Positions 56,998 to 64,000 of a DNA stretch of 64,000 bases are shown in pieces (within the stretch, counting starts at the first letter, position 1; each line of letters begins with the position of its first letter). The position numbers and the translations under genes are program-made. Origin of the DNA: Amoebophrya sp. A120 (lineage: Eukaryota > Protista > Dinoflagellata). The stretch is from NCBI GenBank assembly GCA_905178155.1, contig CAJINV010000016.1, positions 1,269,386-1,333,385 on the forward strand, read 5' to 3'. The notes under the pieces are model-generated. The model made no database searches and had not been told where the DNA came from. It was given only the letters and a program-made list of their open reading frames with translations.

Positions 56998-59900
56998 TCA
57001 CCTTCCCCACAAACTGTCCGCCGTTCCCCCTCGCCGTGTTGCCTTCGGAATCATGTTTTCCTTGTCATCTTCCGACGCACTGGTGTTCTCCTCGAACTGC
57101 TCATTTTCCGGAATGCTGCTGGTTTCCAGGCTCTGCAGTGTGCCACTCGGTCCCCGGAACGACATCCGCGGCGCGGGCCCGTCCTCGTATATGCGCTGCA
57201 AAAGTATCGCACTAGTACAAATCGCAATACAAATTGGCTCAGCATTACAAATTGAATTTGTAATGCTGTTTTACCTTGGGATGAAGATTTGCAAATTGTA
57301 ATCAATGCATGACTGCGATTACTACGAGTACGATACTTTTGCACAGGATATCGTACTTTTCAACGCCATTTTCGGTAAAACTCCCCGCGTCACCTATGGG
57401 AGTGTCAGGTTTGAAATCGACAAAGTTGAAATGGCTTGTGATGCAGAAAATCAATACCAGTTGGAAGCCCAATTTTCAAGCGGTGCATAACAAATTTCCC
57501 GAGCACCGGAATCCGATTTGTCATGCTGTTTGGGCACAGACGACTGCTTTTGTCTTGCTACTTTAGAAGCTCTATTTCACACCCTAAACAGGCTGACAGT
57601 CGGCCTTACTTGCCATCCCGGCAAGACAGGCACTTGCATTTTATGCATGACAAACTCTCTCAACTTTGTCGATTACGATTTCAAACCTGACGCTTCCATA
57701 TCACCCCCGGCCCCGCGGGAGGAGGAGTGGATATACTCTGCAAAAGTGGGTGTAGAATCGCATTTGGAGAAGCGTTTTTCGCATCTAGTACTTCTCGTAT
57801 ATCATCCTTTATTTTCGAGTTATGTTTTTTATGCCAGGTGGAGCAGCATTGCAAATGCAAGTTCCGCATTTTTACTACATTTCTTTGAATTCGATATATC
57901 ATTCGAGATGCGATGTACACTTCTAGAGGAAAAGTGCGATGCAACTTTTGCAAGAATGCATAAGAGACGACATCCGGCGAAGATTTGTCAAAAACGTCCG
58001 TCGCTGACCACATGTGGCCCGGCTTTTCGGTCAGTACCGCGGTCATGTTCTGGGAACTTTGCCGGAGGAACTGCGCTATGGATAGCAAAAGTAATATCTT
58101 CATACTCGTAGTAATCGAAATCGTAGGCATGCGCCATAGTCTGAAGGTTAAGGTGAGTCCGCATTTACAAATTTCATTTATCATGATCCTCCTGACGAAA
58201 TTCAAATTTGTCATGTGATTCTGGCACGAAGATACTTTTGCAACGCATATTCGCGCGCCATTGGGCGGTGGACTCCGCAAAGTGCTGCTTGGCTTGCGCG
58301 TTCATCTGGTGAGATGCGTTTTTTTATGTGATGTTCGAGGACCCATAGTTGTACTCCTGATAATTACATTTGTAGTCACGCAGGTCCGAGAACAAGGGAG
58401 CGCCGAGGCGACCAAGAAGAATAACTCGCGTTTCAGTTTGTTTCGCTCCTACACAAAGCAATTTCTTATGCAAAAAAACAAAAAAAATCCTACCTGCGAA
58501 TCGTCCGCGGTTGCGTGGAAGGTCTGCGCACGCTGAAACGTCGCCCGGATCCGCTTCGGTTGCCCCAGTTGTGGGCTCGAGTCCCGCTGTTCCGCCACCG
58601 ATTCCGGGTTGTGGTTTGCGAAGGTGCCTCGGTGGGAGGGCTGCGTATGACACCCTCAGAATGGAAATCCTCAAAGTGCAAATGATTTGTGATGCATGAA
58701 ATGCGACACCAAAAAGACTGTATTGCAGAGAACGCAATGGAGGCCGACTATTCTGCTTCTACGGGTTCAGAATTGGGCTGCTGATTAGCATGAGAGAAGG
58801 GCACCCCTTTGCCTAACTAGCATGACAGACACGCTTTGGGTGCCCGGGAAATTTGTCATGCGCCGACTAGAAGCGATGCTCCAACTGGAGTCGTTTTTTT
58901 GCATTACAAATTATTTTCACTGTGAGGATTTCTAAGCTGAGGCTTCCATACTGCGTGCCGGTCACGTAGCTGTGGTTGGCGAAGGTTCGTCGCTGGCCCC
59001 GCATTTCCCGGATCTTCATCTGGTTCTTCTGTTTTGCCGTGGACTGCTGGAGGTTTCCCTGCGGGCCTAACTGATCAAACGGATCCACGGCGGTCTCCGC
59101 GTTTTTCACCCGGCTCAGCATATCCGTGCTCCGCCGCAGAAACTCATCCGCGTTTGCAGGGAGCCGACCCCGAAATTCGGTGGAGGGTGTCGCGGAGTGG
59201 ATGTTGCTGCTCAGCGAAGCGGTTCCCCCACCAGCGACGAGCGGTCCGGAATGCGTCCCGGACGGGGTAATGCGTTTTGCTCCCGCGGCGGACCCGGCCG
59301 CAGCTGCTCCAGCAACAAAGGAGGTCTGTTTCAAATTATTGTCCATATCGACTGTGGAAGTGTCGCTCAAACCGGGGAGTGGTAGCCCAGCAGTCGTTCG
59401 CTCTCCCGATAAGAGCAGCTTGCCGAGCATTTTCTGCTCCACGAACTGCGACCGCAATTCTTGCCGCTTTTTCTGCTGATCCTCTTGGATGATCTTTTGT
59501 TCCTTCGCTTCTTGTTCTGTTCGCGGAGTGCTGGTCCACTCGATGTCGCCGTGAGAACTGTTGCTGCTGATACCTCGTCTAGTGTTGTTGTTCCCGTCCA
59601 GATATTCTGTGCAAAAATATCGCGTTCGTAGCAAAAGTAACTAGAATTAATACAGTGATGCCTCAGTACAAATTACCTTGTTCTTCCCAAGGTGAAATAT
59701 ATTATAATATATATTATCGTGATTATGACAAATGGCATGACAAATTCCATTTGTGGTCATGCTGAGCGAGAGCGAGTTGGAGTTTGCAATTGCGATTACT
59801 ACTGAGGCGATATTATTACTGTTTCAATTCATACCACAACCTCGTAAGTTTTCGTCTCGTAGTCACTGGAACCCGATTTCTCGCGTTTGTTCCCCAACCC

Positions 59901-60612
59901 GCCGAGCATCCATCTATCCTGTGCAAAAGTATCGTACTCGTATTGCAATCATGCATTACAAATCTATTTCCTAAGGTAAATCAGCATTACAAATTTTCTT
60001 TCTCATGCTGAGGAAATTTGTAATGCATTTATACGAGTACGATTCTTTTGCAATGCATACCACCTTTGCTGCTCCAGTAGATCCAAAGTTGGGCAGTTTG
60101 GAATCGGTTTCCCGGTTTTTTTATCCAGGACGGTTTGCCCGTCCGCCGCAATCCGATACTCCGTTAGGCCGGTAGCAAGGTAAACCAAGTCCGTGTTTTG
60201 GTCTACCTCCTCGGCGGGGGCTGCGCCTCCGCTAGTGGTCATGGCGCTACTGCTCGATCCGCTGCTGCTGTTTGCTCCACCTGTAGAAGTACCGGAGAAC
60301 ACGAGACTAGTTTTCGGGGGCGTCCTGATGCCGCTGGGTTTGGGCGACAAAATGCTGCCGTGCATGAAAAGCTTTTCTACTGATTGTTGCTGGAAGGAGG
60401 TAAGGGCCCCTGCTGAGTCTTTATTTCCGGCCTTACTGGAGGAAGAGGAAGACTTCTGATGCTTGGCGTTTGTCATTATCTGTTGCTGCTGCAGTATGGA
60501 AGCGTCCACCTCATACGAGGTTCCGGAGGAAGAAGATCTATTGGCTCCCTTCGAATTTGTGTTGGACGAGGCGTTGGACTTTTCTTGGTCCGGAGGCTGT
60601 TCGGTGACCTCA
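56998..60612 (-). CDS. Multi-exon low-complexity hypothetical protein (5' end unresolved)
   Basis: Frame continuous from ORF 60003-60509 through 58867-59634 to 56998-57201 across seven introners and at least one GT-AG intron. Confidence 0.65.
57190..57350. mobile_element. Introner (family F5), 161 bp
   Basis: TIR tatgcgctgcaaaagtatcg; TSD tcgta; frame restored. Confidence 0.9.
57395..57700. mobile_element. Introner (family F6), 306 bp
   Basis: TIR tatgggagtgtcaggtttgaaatcg; TSD tcacc; frame restored. Confidence 0.9.
57732..57962. mobile_element. Degenerate introner (F5-like), 231 bp
   Basis: Ends tatactctgcaaaagt / acttttgcaagaatgcata; TSD decayed (gtgga/agaga); frame restored. Confidence 0.68.
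58077..58249. mobile_element. Degenerate introner (F5-like), 173 bp
   Basis: Ends tatggatagcaaaagta / tacttttgcaacgcata; TSD tgcgc/ttcgc; frame restored. Confidence 0.75.
58646..58950. mobile_element. Introner (F6-related), 305 bp
   Basis: TIR tatg....ctcag....gaaatcctca.agtg.aaat.atttgt; TSD ctgcg; frame restored. Confidence 0.9.
59603..59833. mobile_element. Degenerate introner (F5-like), 231 bp
   Basis: TAT...ATA ends; TSD ccaga/ccaca; frame restored. Confidence 0.72.
59915..60059. mobile_element. Introner (family F5), 145 bp
   Basis: TIR core tgcaaaag.atcgtactcgtat; TSD ccatc/ccacc; frame restored QRW|MLGG. Confidence 0.88.
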
Positions 60613-60828
60613 TTTTAAATGATTATTTGTGTCGTGGTTTTTTATTGGCCGCGAAAGGACCAATCATAAAGCACATGCAGATCAACTGTTCTTGCTGCAA
60701 TTGCAGTGCAAATCAGAAGTGCTGAGTACTACGCTCGTGCAAGACTTCAACTTCTACAGGCAAAGCCAGGAGCAAGACAAAGACACGAGCAGCACGACTG
60801 CAGAAGCAGCTCATGGAAAAATTACATG

Positions 60829-61104
60829 TATGGATGTGTCAGAGTTGAAATCGACAAAGTTGAAATAATTTGTCATGCATAGTGGCGCATGACAAATTTC
60901 GGCGGTTCCTAAATCCAGTTTGTCATGCTGTTTAGGCAAACAAAAGTGATTTTCTCATGCTACTTTAGCAGCTCGAGCTGTAACCCCAAACAGGCTTACA
61001 ATCGGCCTCACGTGCCTGCTCTGCAACACACGTACCGCGGGCCATGCATTTTATGCATTACAAATTATTTCAACTTTGACGATTTCAAACCTGACGCTTC
61101 CATA
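60829..61104. mobile_element. Introner-type MITE (family F6, internally deleted), 276 bp, no evident coding context
   Basis: TIR tatggatgtgtcagagttgaaatcgacaaagttgaaataatttgt; TSD acatg. Confidence 0.88.
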
Positions 61105-62807
61105 ACATGATACAATACCGTGGTCGACCCTCCGAGCTTGTTTTGTTTCCTTGGCTCGTTTTTCGGGACTCCACCTGCAGGTATAATTTGTGGTGGAGTT
61201 GAAATGATACAACTGTGGTAATCGTTTCTTGTGTGCACCAGTTGCAAGAAGAAGCACCACGAGCAGGAGCGGGAGCACGGTCACTTCTACCACTATCAAT
61301 CACGTATTCCTAGTCCTACATGTTCATCTTTGTCTTTCATGACATCGTCGCAACATGAAACAGATGCCTTCGGGCCTCTCCCTCATCCTCTGCCTCAGCT
61401 CCTGCATAATATTTTATCTACGCACCGGCACCCCTCGTGTCCGTACTAACCAGAAGCATGAAAAGCTTAAATAGGGCTTACCGGGCTCTATGAGCAATAA
61501 GTTTTGCGCTTCCGGTGACACCACATCGTCCTCTCGGCTCATTTTCCTGGGCACTGCTGGATGGAATATTCGGTCTGCCATGGTAGTTGGCGCTGGCTGC
61601 TTTTTCGTTTTATTCTTGCACGAAGAGGCGGAGCCTGTTTGTGTGATTGATTGAAATTGATTGTTGCGAGAACATCATGCGTGTGGGCGGGAGAAGGGAG
61701 AGGAAGAACACACTTCCTATACAAACATGAACAGTGGCTCACTTTTCATGCATGAGAAGGTAAGGAAAGGCTAACTGCAACATGACTCCTGGTTTCCACC
61801 ATTATCAATCTGCTCGGGTCCGCATTCCTGTGCCGAAGCGGGCGTAGTCGTCGCGGAGGCCCGCTTCTTCTTACTGCCATAGTTTCCCATGGTTCTCGCA
61901 GAGATGAATTTGCTGGACGAGATAGGGAAGAGTGGAGTACCTAGGCCTGGAAGATTCTTCCAGGCGGCGGCGTTTGCTATTAGAATTACCGTGAAGCGCG
62001 CTCGTCTCCGAAAAGTAGTAGCGGTCAGGCGCCTTTGGACCACGGGACTTCTACTGCTTCAGGTTCGTTATATCTGCAGGTGCGATGCCCTCAATGCATC
62101 ATCATGTCGCCTGGTGACCAGAGCACCATCAGCATCTCCGACGGCACTACACAATGGTCGTCGACGTGTGGTAGTTTTCGTGTCTATTACAAATATCACT
62201 GTACCAAGATCTGCTTCTGCTGATCCATGCCTCTGCCCACTCTTACGCTCCCGAGGTGTGATCGTGAAGAAAGAAAGTGAAAACAGATGAGGAATAAAGC
62301 TGCTTCTCCGCTCTTCCACTTAATAATAATAGTCTCTCTGTCGAAGCGAATGCCTGCTCTTGATATGAAAAAAAAGGGCTGCGTTGCTCTTGTCTCCCGT
62401 CGAAGGGGCTGTGTAAACAAATGGCACCGAAGATGACCCACGAAGAGTGGCCCATCAAAGGCAGCACGACTTGCCAAGAAGCAAGACCGGTGGAAAACCT
62501 CGGCACATCAAGGCTGGCTGCAAAAGCAGGAGGTCGTGGTCCTCCTGTTGAGCGATAGTTTATACGTTTTCGTCAGTAGTTCTTCCCGTTGCACTACCAT
62601 TCTTGAAACATAGATCTGATGAACTTCCCGCGTTCAGACAATATCCTACAAGTTGAAAAACCAAATAAAAAATCGTCTTCGCTTTACGTTTGGTAAAAGC
62701 CTTATTTGCGTAGTTTCATTTTCCGTCGTTCTTCGAACTCCAACTTCCAACAGTCGCCGCACTACGGAGTAGACTCCCAATGAAATAACTGATCTCCCTC
62801 CTATCCT

Positions 62808-63839
62808 CTATCTCGCCACCAGATTCATGAACGCGTCGTGGTTACTCGCCGGGGGCAGCTCCACCAGCGGGTCGTGCTTTGCGTAGTAGGTTTTCAAGAT
62901 GGCCGAAGATATGCATTGCAAAAGTTAGTATCAAGGCTTGCACTAATACTAATTGCAGCACAGCATGACGAATCTGAATCTCGCTGCTCAGCTCATGCAG
63001 CATTACAAGTGTCTCATTCTTCCTCCTGGAGATGAAACTTGTGATGCTATTCCGACTAGTACGATACTTTTGCAATGCATAGACCCGATAAACTCCCCAT
63101 TTTTCGACGGATCGGTCACAGTCAGCTCGTACCGATGCGGGATATCCTCCAGAGGGGGGCAAAACGTGCCGAAATCCATCTTACTTCCCCCGACGGGTTG
63201 TTGGAAGGGGGTGAGCAACTTCGTGTTCCGCAGGTTGTAATCTGCGTCCCACAATACCTCGTTACCCTCTGACAAATCTTCCAAATGCACGTGGATCATG
63301 TCCCGGCGGTCTTTCAGTTCGAGCAACGGGTGCTGTGCGCGTACCACGTTCCCCTTCGTGCTCGCACCGAACAACTTCTGTTGCATCTCGGTGATCCCTT
63401 GTTGTCCGGGAATATTTGTCGTCCTGGAGGACCCTTGTGACCCAGAAACCACGGGCATAGACCGCCGGAGCTTCCCGCAGGCGAAAAGGTCGGGGTTGTT
63501 GATGTCGGTGTGGGTGATTTGGTCTGATTGGTAATCCGTCATGATCTGCATGTCTGTCTCTTTCACGCCCAAACTGCTCGAAGGTTCCTTCGCCAATTGC
63601 CGCATGGAAAACAGAAAAATCGCCGTGAGGAAGGTCCGGAGTAAATCCGGCAGCCAGAGCTTGGGCAGCCCGGGGAGCTCGGGCAGCATCGGGGGAAAGG
63701 TCAGCGGGAAAGGCCAGGGAGGGCAGAGCTGTTGCGGTGTCGTGTTTTTGGAATTTATGTAGCTACAGGAAGTATAACGCATCGCAAAGTAGGTCGTGTG
63801 TAGCTTAAGTTTTTTCTGTGCGTGACCTAGGCTAAGCAT
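62808..63839 (-). CDS. PEBP/YbhB-like domain protein (start uncertain, possibly ATG 63689)
   Basis: Motif DFGTFCPPLEDIPHRYELTV. After introner removal the C-terminus reads FIGSAILKTYY...LVAR*. Confidence 0.6.
62910..63081. mobile_element. Introner (family F5), 172 bp
   Basis: TIR tatgcattgcaaaagt; TSD decayed (gaaga/gaccc); frame restored. Confidence 0.82.
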
Positions 63840-64000
63840 GTAGGCCAGATTGGGTTATGAAGTCGTCTGTCTAAAATTTATGAGACAAATTACTTGATTA
63901 ATTCAATTTCGATTCAAAAATCAGCTTTTGCATTTTGAAAGAGGCCAGTATAGCCTCAAAAAGGTGACGCAAAAACGGCGCCCATTCCAGCACTGCGACG

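Noticed and set aside
61771-61890. MGNYGSKK... short ORF as the first exon of the 57-60.6 kb gene
   Set aside because: Plausible N-terminus, but no splice path could be established from sequence alone.
259-63081. Recurrent gcatgacaaa words as a CRISPR array or bacterial REP sequences
   Set aside because: They occur in both orientations at irregular spacing inside TIR/TSD-bounded elements; there are no cas genes and the context is eukaryotic.

Overview
Eukaryotic (alveolate-type) genomic DNA. About 14 host genes lie on the minus strand, most of them broken by 110-310 bp non-canonical introns that look like MITEs. These have terminal inverted repeats (TIRs) starting TAT and ending ATA, 5-bp target-site duplications (TSDs) and a shared internal word GCATNACAAA. 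I mapped 38 of these introners by hand, in about 7 families. For 37 of them, removing the element plus one TSD copy restores the host reading frame. The architecture matches the introner-rich genomes of the parasitic dinoflagellate Amoebophrya (A120-like); this is an inference, not a database result. The most striking feature is an apparently intact 8.9-kb non-LTR retrotransposon (single ORF: APE endonuclease-RT-RNase H plus a C-terminal OTU protease domain). It sits, with a 15-bp TSD, inside one introner on the shared introner word, so that a 9.2-kb nested intron interrupts a host gene. Also present: a Maf-HAD (PUDP-like) fusion gene, a membrane fatty-acid desaturase, IQ-repeat, ATP-grasp-like, CCCH/J-like and PEBP-like genes. 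A 52.9-56.5 kb island carries four copies of an ~80-bp structured repeat with compensatory base changes and the only credible plus-strand ORF. All exon models are manual and have no transcript support.
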